A stretch of 64,000 nucleotides of DNA, taken from NCBI GenBank assembly GCA_002269645.1, contig NIVC01000507.1, positions 1-64,000 of the forward strand, read 5' to 3'. Every line of letters starts with the position of its first letter. Positions within the stretch are counted from its first letter, which is position 1. The notes beneath the pieces were generated by a model that saw only the letters and a list, made by a program, of their open reading frames with translations, was not told the DNA's origin and ran no database searches. Position numbers and translations under genes: made by a program. Source of the stretch: Macrostomum lignano (Eukaryota). Shown one piece after another: positions 24,101-38,183 of the stretch.

Positions 24101-27100
24101 ACCAGCTACTCCAAAGCACTTCTAGGCGATAATCTGAGCCAGGAGTCTCCGAGAGACTTTCGTTACACATCCAGATGTTCTGCCTTGATGCTGGACTAGC
24201 TCACTTTCTAGGAATCTGTTCTGATTGCATTCTAACAAACTGAAGCATTTTCTGCACTAAACTTTCTCGGCGGCTCTGAGAGCCAGAGCCTCAAACAGAC
24301 AGAGAAATCTGTTCGAGTTGTGTCTGTAGGTTAGGTGGACCAGCTACTTCAAAGCACTTCTAGGCGATAATCTGAGCCAGGAATCTCCGAGAGCCTCTCG
24401 TTACACATCCAGATGTTCTGCCTTGATGCTGGACTAGCTCACTTTCTAGGAATCTGTTCTGATTGCATTCTAACAAACTGAAGCATTCTCGGCACTAAAC
24501 TTTCTCGGCGGCTCTGAGATCCAGAGCCTCAAACAGACAGAGAAATCTGTTCGAGTTGTGTCTGTAGGTTAGGTGGACCAGCTACTCCAAAGCACTTCTA
24601 GGCGATAATCTGAGCCAGGAATCTCCGAGAGCCTCTCGTTACACATCCAGATGTTCTGCCTTGATGCTGGACTAGCTCACTTTCTAGGAATCTGTTCTGA
24701 TTGCATTCTAACAAACTGAAGCATTCTCGGCACTAAACTTTCTCGGCGGCTCTGAGAGCCAGAGCCTCAAACAGACAGAGAAATCTGTTCGAGTTGTGTC
24801 TGTAGGTTAGGTGGACCAGCTATTCTACAGCACTTCTAGGCGATAATCTGAGCCAGGAATCTCCGAGAGCCTCTCGTTACACATCCAGATGTTCTACCTT
24901 GATGCTGGACTAGCTCACTTTCTAGGAATCTGTTCTGATTGCATTCTAACAAACTGAAGCATTCTCGGCACTAAACTTTCTCGGCGGCTCTGAGAGCCAG
25001 AGCCTCAAACAGACAGAGAAATCTGTTCGAGTTGTGTCTGTAGGTTAGGTGGACCAGCTACTCCAAAGCACTTCTAGGCGATAATCTGAGCCAGGAGTCT
25101 CCGAGAGACTTTCGTTACACATCCAGATGTTCTGCCTTGATGCTGGACTAGCTCACTTTCTAGGAATCTGTTCTGATTGCATTCTAACAAACTGAAGCAT
25201 TCTCGGCACTAAACTTTCTCGGCGGCTCTGAGAGCCAGAGCCTCAAACAGACAGAGAAATCTGTTCGAGTTGTGTCTGTAGGTTAGGTGGACCAGCTACT
25301 CCAAAGCACTTCTAGGCGATAATCTGAGCCAGGAATCTCCGAGAGCCTCTCGTTACACATCCAGATGTTCTACCTTGATGCTGGACTAGCTCACTTTCTA
25401 GGAATCTGTTCTGATTGCATTCTAACAAACTGAAGCATTCTCGGCACTAAACTTTCTCGGCGGCTCTGAGAGCCAGAGCCTCAAACAGACAGAGAAATCT
25501 GTTCGAGTTGTGTCTGTAGGTTAGGTGGACCAGCTACTCCACAGCACTTCTAGGCGATAATCTGAGCCAGGAATCTCCGAGAGCCTCTCGTTACACATCC
25601 AGATGTTCTGCCTTGATGCTGGACTAGCTCACTTTCTAGGAATCTGTTCTGATTGCATTCTAACAAACTGAAGCATTTTCTGCACTAAACTTTCTCGGCG
25701 GCTCTGAGAGCCAGAGCCTCAAACAGACAGAGAAATCTGTTCGAGTTGTGTCTGTAGGTTAGGTGGACCAGCTACTCCAAAGCACTTCTAGGCGATAATC
25801 TGAGCCAGGAATCTCCGAGAGCCTCTCGTTACACATCCAGATGTTCTACCTTGATGCTGGACTAGCTCACTTTCTAGGAATCTGTTCTGATTGCATTCTA
25901 ACAAACTGAAGCATTCTCGGCACTAAACTTTCTCGGCGGCTCTGAGATCCAGAGCCTCAAACAGACAGAGAAATCTGTTCGAGTTGTGTCTGTAGGTTAG
26001 GTGGACCAGCTACTCCAAAGCACTTCTAGGCGATAATCTGAGCCAGGAATCTCCAAGAGCCTCTCGTTACACATCCAGATGTTCTGCCTTGATGCTGGAC
26101 TAGCTCACTTTCTAGGAATCTGTTCTGATTGCATTCTAACAAACTGAAGCATTCTCGGCACTAAACTTTCTCGGCGGCTCTGAGATCCAGAGCCTCAAAC
26201 AGACAGAGAAATCTGTTCGAGTTGTGTCTGTAGGTTAGGTGGACCAGCTACTCCAAAGCACTTCTAGGCGATAATCTGAGCCAGGAATCTCCGAGAGCCT
26301 CTCGTTACACATCCAGATGTTCTGCCTTGATGCTGGACTAGCTCACTTTCTAGGAATCTGTTCTGATTGCATTCTAACAAACTGAAGCATTCTCGGCACT
26401 AAACTTTCTCGGCGGCTCTGAGAGCCAGAGCCTCAAACAGACAGAGAAATCTGTTCGAGTTGTGTCTGTAGGTTAGGTGGACCAGCTATTCTACAGCACT
26501 TCTAGGCGATAATCTGAGCCAGGAATCTCCGAGAGCCTCTCGTTACACATCCAGATGTTCTACCTTGATGCTGGACTAGCTCACTTTCTAGGAATCTGTT
26601 CTGATTGCATTCTAACAAACTGAAGCATTCTCGGCACTAAACTTTCTCGGCGGCTCTGAGAGCCAGAGCCTCAAACAGACAGAGAAATCTGTTCGAGTTG
26701 TGTCTGTAGGTTAGGTGGACCAGCTACTCCAAAGCACTTCTAGGCGATAATCTGAGCCAGGAGTCTCCGAGAGACTTTCGTTACACATCCAGATGTTCTG
26801 CCTTGATGCTGGACTAGCTCACTTTCTAGGAATCTGTTCTGATTGCATTCTAACAAACTGAAGCATTTTCTGCACTAAACTTTCTCGGCGGCTCTAAGAG
26901 CCAGAGCCTAAACAGACAGAGAAATCTGTTCGAGTTGTGTCTGTAGGTTAGGTGGACCACCTTCTGAGAGCCAAAGCCTCAAACAGACTGAGAGAGCTGC
27001 TTCAGTTGTGTCTGTAGGTTATGTGGACCACCTAAGAGCCAGAGCCTCAAACAGACAGAGAAATCTGTTCGAGTTGTGTCTGTAGGTTAGGTGGACCAGC

Positions 27101-29161
27101 TACTCCACAGCACTTCTAGGCGATAATCTGAGCCAGGAATCTCCGAGAGCCTCTCGTTACACATCCAGATGTTCTGCCTTGATGCTGGACTAGCTCACTT
27201 TCTAGGAATCTGTTCTGATTGCATTCTAACAAACTGAAGCATTCTCGGCACTAAACTTTCTCGGCGGCTCTGAGAGCCAGAGCCTTAAACAGACAGAGAA
27301 ATCTGTTCGAGTTGTCTGTAGGTTAGGTGGACCACCTTCTGAGAGCCAAAGCCTCAAACAGACTGAGAGAGCTGATTCAGTTGTGTCTGTAGGTTAGGTG
27401 GACCAGCTTCTCTACAGCAATTGAGTTGCAGGCCTTGCAGCTAGCTACTTTGAGATCATCAAACGAAACTCACTTTTCTGGACTCGGTGTCGACGGATTT
27501 GCGAGCAGACTGATGATTTTCACCAGGCGATGCGGCTTCTTCGATTTCGCAGTGGCTTTTTGCGACGGTGTTTTTTTAGTTTTTATTTTAGGCTTGGCGT
27601 CCTTTTTTGCGGGTCATCATATCTTGGTTGTAGATTACAGTTTTTAGCACAATAAATTTATAAATGGATGAAACTTGGAGTAAGGATTAACATTAGACCT
27701 ATTAAGTATAAAAAAACGTTCTAATCTATACAATTGCAATCCTTTAGAGTTGTATAGTATGGATTATAAGTACTTTCTTTTAAACTGTCTGTGTCTGGTC
27801 TCACTACGCCATGGTTTACGTGGACCACCCGCTTAGACATTATATATCCCTCTCTCCACTGTCTTACCTTCAGAACGCTTGCGGGTTTCCTATTGGCTGC
27901 GGTCGGTCCCATTGTTGGGGTGGATCTATCCTCCTAAGTGTTAACCAGCCAATTATAGAAAGGGAGGTCTGTCTGTCTGTCTGTTCCAACCCTATACTCC
28001 TGCACATGTGTTTACGTGGACCAAACAGACAGTGAGTGTTAGGCTGACTGTTAATGCGTTCTTAGTTTTACTGGGACCGCAATCAAGTCGACCTTTTGCT
28101 AGAGAGTCAGAGACCCGATCGCTAGTTAAAAGGCCCTTCTTAATTGCGTCCTCTTGATCAAATCTTTTGCATGTACATGTATGAATTGTCCTTTTCAATT
28201 AGGTAAATTGCATCTTCAACTTTGCACTTGAAAGGCTGCAGCTTAGGATCTTCTTCTTCCAAAATTGGAGGAGGATAGAACAGGATATCCCATAGTGTTT
28301 AGGATAGAATTGGCAAGCACTTAATTCATGAAGTTGCTATTTTCTTCTTGTGTAATGGTAGAGCCTTAGAAATTCGCATTTACACAGTGTGGCTATCAAG
28401 GACCACTGGGAGTTCTTGAGAAGTCATTGAAGAATACTATTTAAGCTTCACTTAAATATCTTTCTTGTCTCGGAGTCTTTATCGTTTGATCTGGTTAGCG
28501 AATTGGATTTCTTTACGTTGGTGTCTTACTCTGTGAGTCTGTGCTCAGAGTACGATACCGGAATTGCTGGAACTGAGCTAATTAAATGGAGTTTAAAGTT
28601 TACTGTATCAAATTCATTTCGCATACGAGGTTTCAGAATTTTTAATTAACCTGCGTACCTACTTGAATGTCAAAGAACTGAACGCATATTGTTTTAAAGC
28701 CAGTAGCGGTCATAATATGATGCCAACATACCCCTTTGTTCGTAAGGTAATGATCTGTAAAAAATTCAGTTTTGCATTGAATCTATGCTTAATAACTGCT
28801 ATACACAAACAGACACAAACAGACACAAACAGACACAAAAAGACACAAACAGACGATTTTCGAAAAATTTTCTAAAATTTTTCGGTTTACGTGGACCAGA
28901 CTCGCTCGGTTTAGGTAGACCAGGCTGGAGGTCCAGCTAAACTGAAATGCAAATAACTTTGGAAAAATCCATGCTAGACATCCCAAAATTGCTTAAGCCT
29001 TTCTTGACCCGCCTGACATTAATGTGAGATCCTCATCAACGTCTTAACCCCACCAGAGACAAAATTATTTGGTGGTCCACCTAAGTGGTCTACCTACACC
29101 GGTTGGTCCAGCTAACGAGGCTACTGAACTTCCAAAAAGTCCACGTAAACACACAGACAGT
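21110..29161. mobile_element. ~8 kb segment bounded by a 16-bp perfect inverted repeat; candidate non-autonomous DNA transposon
   Basis: ACTGTCTGTGTGTTTA at 21110-21125 and TAAACACACAGACAGT at 29146-29161. GTGGACC motifs are on + near the left end and in the interior, and inverted (GGTCCA) near the right end. GACA tracts lie outside both ends. No transposase ORF. Confidence 0.45.
22180..27415. repeat. 238-bp satellite (~19 tandem copies plus one), with ~65-bp subrepeats at both ends
   Basis: Period 238 (e.g. 22803, 23041, 23279). Subunit ctgagagccagagcctcaaacagacagagaaatctgttcgagttgtgtctgtaggttaggtggacca is repeated alone at 22180-22440, 26895-27100 and 27270-27410. No ORF of 60 aa or more. 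Confidence 0.97.
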
Positions 29162-29164
29162 AGA

Positions 29165-29578
<414 letters not shown>

Positions 29579-29837
29579 TGAGGATGAGCTACAGAAGGGT
29601 ACAAAATAACAACACTTTTAGTAAACAGCATTGAAAAAATTTACACAACACGGCCATATCAAATGAAGTGAGTTGATGGTTTGAACAAAGTTGTGGTTCA
29701 AAAATGTCTGCAACTCCATATACAGTTGCTTTTCGACTCTTTTGCAAGTCCAAGACGAATGTAGTTTCAGAGGATTCAATACTACTTGAGTAGTCTCAAA
29801 CTAGATGTAGCCTTCTGAGTCCTGTTTGGCTTACAGT

Positions 29838-32800
29838 TTAAACTGGTTGAGTCTTGGAAGAATCGCCCTTGCACAGGTGCACAGCGAACACCAAAATAAG
29901 AGTCTAAAATTCAATAACAGAATATTTGTTAATCAACAGAATTAAAACAAAAAGCATCGAAAGAAAAATCACTGCTATTGTGAGACAGGTTCTCGAGGCA
30001 TTGTGTGCAGAAAGAAATTGCATGAACTTTTCTAACCACCCCGAACTAGATTGTTTGTTCAGCAGCCCGTAGCGTGCCGGGGGGGGGCAATTTGAATGTC
30101 AAAGGTGTAGTAATATATGCGCAGCTGCAGCTGACACACCCACGCTCTCTACCCCTGCCTCTGTTTGCCAAAGACTCCACTCCGGTTATTCATTAGTTTA
30201 TTTACTAATCACCATGGTAACGAACAGAAACCTTCCCGTCTCGCAATTAACTTTTCTTCAATACGCCTTTTCATTCTTAAGTGTTTGATAAGTACCTGCT
30301 CGATTCATTTTGTGCTGCGTTGCAAATTACTATGCGCAGAGATAGCTCGTAGATATAATTAGAGAGGTGTAAGCTTTTAAATTGATTCCATGAAAAGCAT
30401 TTTTGGCTTAGCTAATTAAAACCAATATTACTAATGAGCACCTGTATGGCTTGGTGCTTATTTTAATGGCAAAAACATATTTAGCTAATTAGTTTATGCC
30501 TATTATCATCTGTTCCACTTTCATAATTAGGTTTTCTGCCTGAGTATATTTTCCGTTGGGTTGGTTTGAATTTTACAGCGTGTGTGTGGAAAAAGGCATC
30601 CAACATTTGCAAGGATTTTTATTGCCTTATTTTCTAAGAAAAGCTAGTTTTACAGTTACTCCTTTCTTTTTACCATCAGCGGTACTCGTCTGTCTTAGGA
30701 ATACAACGTGAATGTGCTCGTACACGTATACCTACTTAGCCCCTTGCCAAATCCCACTAGTGTTTTCTTTCTCAGTAAGAATTCTCCAATGCCATAGAAA
30801 ACACTCTCCATATTCTCCGCTACCATAGAAAACACTCTCCATATTCTCCGCTACCATAGACAGCACTCTCCATATTCTCCACTCGCTACCATAGACAACA
30901 CTCTCCATATTCTCCACTCGCTACCATAGACAACACTCCATATTCTCCACTCGCTGTCAAAGACAACACTCTCCATATTCTCCACTCGCTGTCATAGACA
31001 ACACTCCATATTCTCCACTCGCTGTCATAGACAACACTCTCCATATTCTCCACTCGCTACCATAGACAACACTCTCCATATTCTCCACTCGCTGTCATAG
31101 ACAACACTCTCCATATTCTCCACTCACTACCATAGACAACACTCTCCATATTCTCCACTCGCTGTCAAAGACAACACTCTCCATATTCTCCACTCACTAC
31201 CATAGACAACACTCTCCATATTCTCCACTCGCTGTCATAGACAACACTCTCCATATTCTCCACTCGCTGTCATAGACAGCACTCTCCATATTGTCCACTC
31301 ACTGTCATAGACAACACTCCATATTCTCCACTCACTACCATAGACAACACTCTCCATATTCTCCACTCGCTGTCATAGACAACACTCTCCATATTCTCCA
31401 CTCACTACCATAGACAACACTCTCCATATTCTCCACTCGCTGTCATAGACAACACTCCATATTCTCCACTCGCTGTCAAAGACAGCACTCTCCATATTCT
31501 CCACTCGCTGTCATAGACAACACTCCATATTCTCCACTCGCTGTCATAGACAACACTCTCCATATTCTCCACTCGCTACCATAGACAGCACTCTCCATAT
31601 TCTCCACTCGCTGTCATAGACAACATGACACTCTCCATATTCTCCACTCGCTACCATAGACAGCACGCTCCATATTCTCCACTCGCTACCATAGACAACA
31701 CTGTCCATATTCTCCACTCGCTGTCATAGACAGTGAAAAGTCACTGATTCAATTTTATCTAGCTATCTGTCATTTTCTCTACAGAGAGTTACTCGTTATT
31801 CGTATGAGTTTCAAGTCGTACCTGGAGCAAGACGATAGCAGCCGTGCCCAAAGCGGCATAGGTGATGTTAGTCTGCACGGTGGTGTCAATTTTTTCCCAA
31901 CAGCCAACATTCAAGTTGGTGTACTGGATCGACGTGTGGTTCGACTGCAGGCAGCCGGTGTAGTTTGAGGTCCGGCAGCAGGTCAGAGGATAGGCGATGT
32001 CTACAATCGAGGTGACGGATGATGAGAAGGTAAAATTAAGTGCGTCTTGTAATGCAGATGAACAAAACTTTTGCAAAAAATCAATGGTCCTTATTTTAGC
32101 TGTTCAGCGTCGCCTGTATCAATCACTAAATTTGAAATTTCTCAACTTCTGCACTTCCGAAGGTCGTGGTTAAAACTACTACCTTAAGAGTGTTTGGCCT
32201 AGGACAGTTTCAAGAGTTTGTTTGACTGTGTTGTAGGGAGGCTAAACTATTATCCAGTAATTAACGAGAAGTTACAGGTCTTTCTGGCTCGTATCTCATC
32301 AATCTGTCTTTTTCTCGAATGATAAAATCAGAAAAATGGCCTGTTATAGAAATTTGAAGTTGTTAAAACTGATAATTGGATGAAAAATAGATTTTTTTCT
32401 TTGAGAATCTTCAAAATTAATCAATTCAGAACGAGCAAGCCTTAAAATATACACTCACTGGTGTAAGAAACGCTGTTGTACGTCACATTCCTAGTCCACA
32501 GCTTGGCCGAAGCGAAGTCTGTACCGTTCGTGATACCGCAGCATCCAAGACTGGTGTGGAACACATTCCACAGAATGGTTTCCATGTTCATGTTTGAATA
32601 GCCGCTGTACTTGTTATTGATGGTGTCTTGCATGTACGTTTTGGCTCGGGAGATAAACTGAAAGATACAGAATTCAGATATTATTTAGTAAGTATCTGTT
32701 TGTTTACACCGCAGAGTGGGATCTTACCGTGTCCCTAGCAGCATAGTAGACAATGATCAGAGTTACTTGGCCAGCAATCAGGATTCCCAGCAGTACGATG

Positions 32801-33535
32801 TACTGAAGTAGAGAGGCAGGGTGTTATATAGAAAACTACTAGTAAAGTGACTTTCCCTTCTGCATATAATTCTTCAATGCTGACCAGCACTTGCTAAGAA
32901 ATTTTTAAGATTCGTAAAATAATTGTTAAACTTGTGAATCACCCTCCGACAAACACCAATTTACTCAATTAGCAATATGGAAGCGCAGATAACTATGCGG
33001 GTGATTATTAATATTGTTTAACCTCTTGGACTTACTATAATCAGCATGACCTTCACTTCGCAGCAGACGGCAACAAGTCCAATAACTCCAACAGCCGCAA
33101 TCACGATGCCCATTATGATGAAGGTAACGGCAAGATTACCTGAAGTTTTACCATGGAAGTTTAGCTAGTGAAAATGGCCATCGAATTTAATTACTGAGCA
33201 GCTTCAAACTTTACCAGTAATCTGAGGCAGCTGCTGGATGTAAGTCTCAATGTCGACGCTAGATCCCGTAGCCTTCAGATAATTGTTCAACTCGTTGATG
33301 TAGGTTCGCAAGTAGTTGACAACAACAGTTGTCAGGCCAAACTGCAGGATGAAGCCAACGATTAGAAAAATAACGCCTAAAAGCTGGAAAATAAACGATG
33401 AGTTGGTGTAATAACGTAATTTTTTCATAAAAACATCCTACACTGTCAACATTGATGCACTTTTGAACGACAACTCACCACTGAAACAATTGATAGAACG
33501 CCGCTGACAATTTTCATCAAAGCTTTGACGCACAT
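29838..33535 (-). CDS. Tetraspanin, 282 aa; exons 33535-33479, 33383-33215, 33139-33036, 32802-32728, 32657-32459, 32000-31822, 29903-29838
   Basis: All six introns GT-AG with consistent phases (849 nt total). Four TM segments; large loop with CCG (LGCCGITN), PLTCC and GCW motifs. Confidence 0.92.
30790..31735. repeat. 35/33-bp minisatellite (~27 copies) in last tetraspanin intron
   Basis: Unit ctctccatattctccactcgctgtcatagacaaca with variants. Confidence 0.95.
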
Positions 33536-34805
33536 TGTTGTTGCAGTTAAAAGACAGTTAGGTATTAGAACTGTATTAAAGCTTTAATTATTAGCAAGTT
33601 GAAGATTGTATTGCTCTTGAAGCGATTACAACCTTAAATACCCGGTCGATTGCAGCGGATAAGAATAGCAGGTTGAGTCACAAGTTAGTAGTTTCACCTT
33701 TGTTTTCCCGGGTAACCACGTTGGAGCAGGAAAAATATTAGCGGGGGTGGCTGTGAGGCTTATAAGGCTAAATCCTATGAGGCTTTAGCTTTGCTGTGCA
33801 AGTACAATAGAGGAGACTGCTGCTTCAGGCGAGCCAGTCGGTTGCAATGTTTGCTAGACGCCGCCATGGGCGTTTCCTGCGTACACAGAACTTAACTCAA
33901 CCCTAGCTCAGTCCATCTCACTGTCCTAGTCTCACCCCTCTCTCCAGCTCAAACACCGAGAGTCCCAAGGCCTGCATGGCAAATCCAATCAGCTGTCTTC
34001 AACACTGCTCAGACTTCGAAATCTCCATTTTTCTTCTCCCTGTCTTCTCTCCGTACATTTCGTTTCACCTGTTCTCTTTTACCCTTCAGCGGGAAATGAT
34101 CATTCCATTCCTATCCTCTGCTTTTTACAAATAAACTGTGCTGCCACAGTTTCCATGGAAACCTGTCCAGCGAGCTCAAAACTGCCCTTGCAGCAGGCTG
34201 CATTGCTTGATTTTATTCCTGGCTTAATTATTATTCACATCAGGTATCGTTGGATTGTTTTTTTCCGAAGCATGATACCGGTAGATACGTAGACACGTTC
34301 GCGTTATTAGTGCACACAAATATTTTTAGGTATTAAGATGCATGAAGAAGTTTATAGTCAGAAATAAATAAATATTTTTTTCCTGAATACGTAGCTTGTG
34401 TCCTTTGACGGCTCTTATTTAATTACGAGCTATGGAAATTTCCTGAGCCTTGAAGATTTCTACCAGCAATATAGGACACAGCAGCCCAAAGTCCTACGAG
34501 ATTCTATACTGAGCTGAAATCAATTAATGAAATTCACGATAGAGCCCAAACCTCGATAATTGCATGACTCCATCAATTAGTCGATAGTCTGTGAGCAATG
34601 CGCCTAAGCAAACAAACCTCGTGGGTCCGTTCCTACTCCGCCAAATTCATTGGATGGAACGACCGGACGTGTGCGTTAGATAGTGGGGACTCTGGGAAAA
34701 ATTGCTATGTAATCATCGAATGCATCAAACTACCGATTGCAACAAAGTCTCAGTCAGACTGAAAACGCTACAGAAGACAGACAAGATCACACACAGAACA
34801 GTGCC

Positions 34806-36740
34806 ATGGATCAAGAAACAAGCATCGAAAGTGATATTAATGATTTCCTCTCTGACGAGGATTTTACGCATCTGCAGTACCTGCTGATGACAGACGATGC
34901 CACCGAGCTGGTGCGACTGCGCCAAAAACATTTTTCTGCTGACGAAGCCAGATGGCAACGCTTCTTGCGCAGTCGATTGTCTCAGAACTACAGCGGTGTT
35001 ACTCACTCCAGACCGATCTGTTGCTGCTTGGCTAGTAAAATCAACTCTTCGTGCGGTTCCAAACACCCGGGTGTTAGCAACCCCTTCCTTTTGACTGTGT
35101 TTTACGGAGCTGCCGATTCCATGCAGTACATGCTGCGCACTGGTGGCCCAGATCTGGCCAGCGCAACTGAGGATGGATGGAACGCGTTACACGTGCTGTG
35201 CTTTGCCGTCGCGACCGGGTCTTACAGTGCGCCCACATTGGAGGACGTTCTAAATGGTCGCTGCTTTCAGCTCAGCGACAAGCTGGAGTTACCATCCGCG
35301 GCCTCGAACAAGAGGCAATCAATTTTCTTTGTGAACTTCATTTATGGAAATTTCTTTGGCCCGAAGCAGCTGTCTGAGTGGTCGTCCGCAGCTCTTGCTG
35401 GCTGCGGGCTAACGCCTATTGAACTGTCAGTGATACTCGGTCGACCTGATGTGGCCGAAATCCTGCTCTATTGTTGCTCGCCTGACTTTTGCACCGATAG
35501 CGTTTCTGAACTGGATCGCCAGTCCAAGACATTCGAGCATCCAAGGGTACTATTGGACAGCTACGATTGCAATGCAACATCCAACACCAATGCCAGCAGA
35601 TTCTTTGTCTCCCCGCTTCTGCTGATGGCAGACATGTTTAGCGTTGCATCAGCTGACGACCTTCAGCGGCTGAAAGCATCGGGAGTTTGGCGTCGCGAAT
35701 TTATATTTGCCCAGTGGATGAACCTGCTGCAATCGCGAAATGGGAAATTTGTATATATCTCAATTGTGGGCTCATTTTTTCTATTCTTCACAATGCTCAT
35801 TTCAACGACAAAAAGTGCTCAGAATCTGAGACAAACATGCGCTAACATGACAGCCGACGATTCCAATGCCAGTTATGCTCTGGCAGCGAACACAATGCTG
35901 CTCGGCACCCTGCTATCTAATTCAGTCTTCATTGCGGCTCTTGTGCGCTTTAAAATACAGCGAAAAAGGTTCCTCTGCCGTCTTGGAATTTGCTCGCATC
36001 CGCAGAAAGGAAAGGAATTGAACAACATATTAGTGACGTTGGTTCTGTTAACCATTTTTGTACTGCTACTGATTCCTATGATACTTACTCCAAAAAAAAT
36101 CTGCGACTTTGCGGGCGATCTTGGCGTGACACTCAGCTCCCTTCTGGTGGCCAGTGTGAACATAGCGGTGTTCTATTGTATTTGCTTATACCTGCGTCTG
36201 GTACGATTTCTGAGCAACTTCACGTGCAGCTTCGTTGAATGCCTAAACACCTTTGGTGCATTCATTTTCTACTATGTTGGAATGATATTCGTGTTCTCGC
36301 AGCTATTGGACAGCACTGAACTCTTTCCGGCACAGAAAGATAATATGCCGTACTTGTCTCAGATGTACAACACTTTTCTGATTACTCTGAACGTTTTCAA
36401 TCCGGACATCTTCCAACCCATAGCAAGCAAGATGTCGCTGATAAACATCCACTTCTTACTCATCCTAATCGTGCCAGTATTCTTTCTCAACTTCATCTGC
36501 GGTTTACTTTCGATGAAGCTGTGTATCTTCTCTGAGCACGAGCCCGAATACCTGGCAGTTGTCAGCATCCAAATTCTGTCGGCCTTTGAGTACAACATGA
36601 AAGACGCTCGACGACTCCTGGCGCGTATATTCAAAAAGAAAATGGCAAGTCAAAAAATTTGTCTCCACGTGCCGAGCTTCTTGACTTCGCCAAGAATTTT
36701 TAAACACTGGCGCGGCAGGTGTGACGGCAACGGGGAATAG
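34806..36740 (+). CDS. Intronless ankyrin-repeat, multi-TM protein; divergent TRP (TRPV-like) channel candidate, 644 aa from ATG 34806
   Basis: Ankyrin-like NPFLLTVFYG...DGWNALHVL and GLTPIELSVILGRPDVAEILL; about six hydrophobic segments; S5-pore-S6-like FGAFIFYYVGMIFVFSQ...MYNTFLITLN...LILIVPVFFLNFICGLL. Family call is by eye. Confidence 0.6.
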   Translation: MDQETSIESDINDFLSDEDFTHLQYLLMTDDATELVRLRQKHFSADEARWQRFLRSRLSQNYSGVTHSRPICCCLASKINSSCGSKHPGVSNPFLLTVFYGAADSMQYMLRTGGPDLASATEDGWNALHVLCFAVATGSYSAPTLEDVLNGRCFQLSDKLELPSAASNKRQSIFFVNFIYGNFFGPKQLSEWSSAALAGCGLTPIELSVILGRPDVAEILLYCCSPDFCTDSVSELDRQSKTFEHPRVLLDSYDCNATSNTNASRFFVSPLLLMADMFSVASADDLQRLKASGVWRREFIFAQWMNLLQSRNGKFVYISIVGSFFLFFTMLISTTKSAQNLRQTCANMTADDSNASYALAANTMLLGTLLSNSVFIAALVRFKIQRKRFLCRLGICSHPQKGKELNNILVTLVLLTIFVLLLIPMILTPKKICDFAGDLGVTLSSLLVASVNIAVFYCICLYLRLVRFLSNFTCSFVECLNTFGAFIFYYVGMIFVFSQLLDSTELFPAQKDNMPYLSQMYNTFLITLNVFNPDIFQPIASKMSLINIHFLLILIVPVFFLNFICGLLSMKLCIFSEHEPEYLAVVSIQILSAFEYNMKDARRLLARIFKKKMASQKICLHVPSFLTSPRIFKHWRGRCDGNGE

Positions 36741-38183
36741 TTTTTGCTGACCTGATTAGAGACGAACTGATCATATAATTAAATTTTTCAGAAAAATATA
36801 GCTAAACCGTGTAACTATGCTCTAAAGTACCCTTGTTAACAAGGGACGTTCGGAAAGTTCTGAAATCGCTTAAGCTGCGTATGAAGAGAGAGATCGTTTT
36901 CCAAGTAGTCGTATATATTGTAGTCAGATTAAAAATGTCAGAACTTTCCGGATATCTCGTAAGTACTGCATATTTATTCAAGAGCACATTCTTCCCAACA
37001 CAAAAGCTTTACAATCTTCTTCTTTATTAGTTGTCTATCGCCTTCTGCTGTTCATTGTTTTGCAGGCCTTTATGTTTCGTTCTATTACCTAGTTTTACCA
37101 ACCTGTTAAGGCTCGTATAGTGCAGTTGTTCCATAACTGTCCAACTATTAACCAATTTATGATGGCCTAATCATAACGCTTGCATGCTCGCAATAGATTT
37201 TAATGATCAAAGCAAAACGGACAAAATTCAAATGCTACAACTGCGTCAATGCGTCGACTGAACTTAAACGCCAGGATAATTTTAGCACCAAAAATTCCTT
37301 GGCACATAGCTAACTATAATTAATTAGCAGATAATCTCAAATTTATTTGCAGGTTTTCTCTTTTGAATGTCTTAGTTTGCTATTTTCCTACTTTGCACCA
37401 TGGTATTTTATTCATCAAAAAGTTTTCTTATACTTTTATTTTACTATGATAAAAACTGACAGTCTACTGTTTATTGTTTACAAAACCGAACCAGCAACAT
37501 TTGAGTTGGATTATTATTCCTGGCAATTTTAGTTTGATTGCGAAAACTAATTCGATTGTAAGTGTTGTGTCGTGTAACCTGCCAGACCAACTTAATGATA
37601 GATAATATTTTGCGCTAATATTTCCACTATAACGTAAATGCTAACTGTATTATCATTATTATTGTCTATTACTTATACTGCCACTTTAAGTAGAGTAGTT
37701 GATAAATGATCTGTATAATGTATTACTAATCACGTGATATTTCTAGCTCTTTTTATTTATCGATCGTGCAGTTTTTCTAGTGTAGTTAAAATATCGATCA
37801 TGCAGTTTTTCTTAAATAACAAAAATATAAATAAAGCAACTGTGCGCACCTAGCACTTTACCTTTTCAACTCAACTGGAAAACTTCAAGCCTTGGCTACA
37901 CAACAGTAAGCAGAAATTTCCTATAATAATGTAGACTATGACTGATACAAATCAGAAGCTGGTGATGTTGATCACATTGAGCCAAACAGAGTTTTTTCCA
38001 GCCTAAACGTGAAAGCAATTTATTTTAATGTTAACAAAAGCATAAAGCGTTTTCAACACAGAGTGATAAATTGATATATATATAGTGTTCGTATAACTTT
38101 CTAATAGTAGCACTGCACCAACTCATTTGCTACTTTCAGTAGTTTATAAATCACTATCATATTTGAAAGTCTGGGGACCTTCA

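Noticed and set aside
27430-28500. Lys-rich and other short minus-strand frames inside the 8-kb element as a transposase remnant
   Set aside because: Short, interrupted, and no DDE, Rep or helicase motif recognised.
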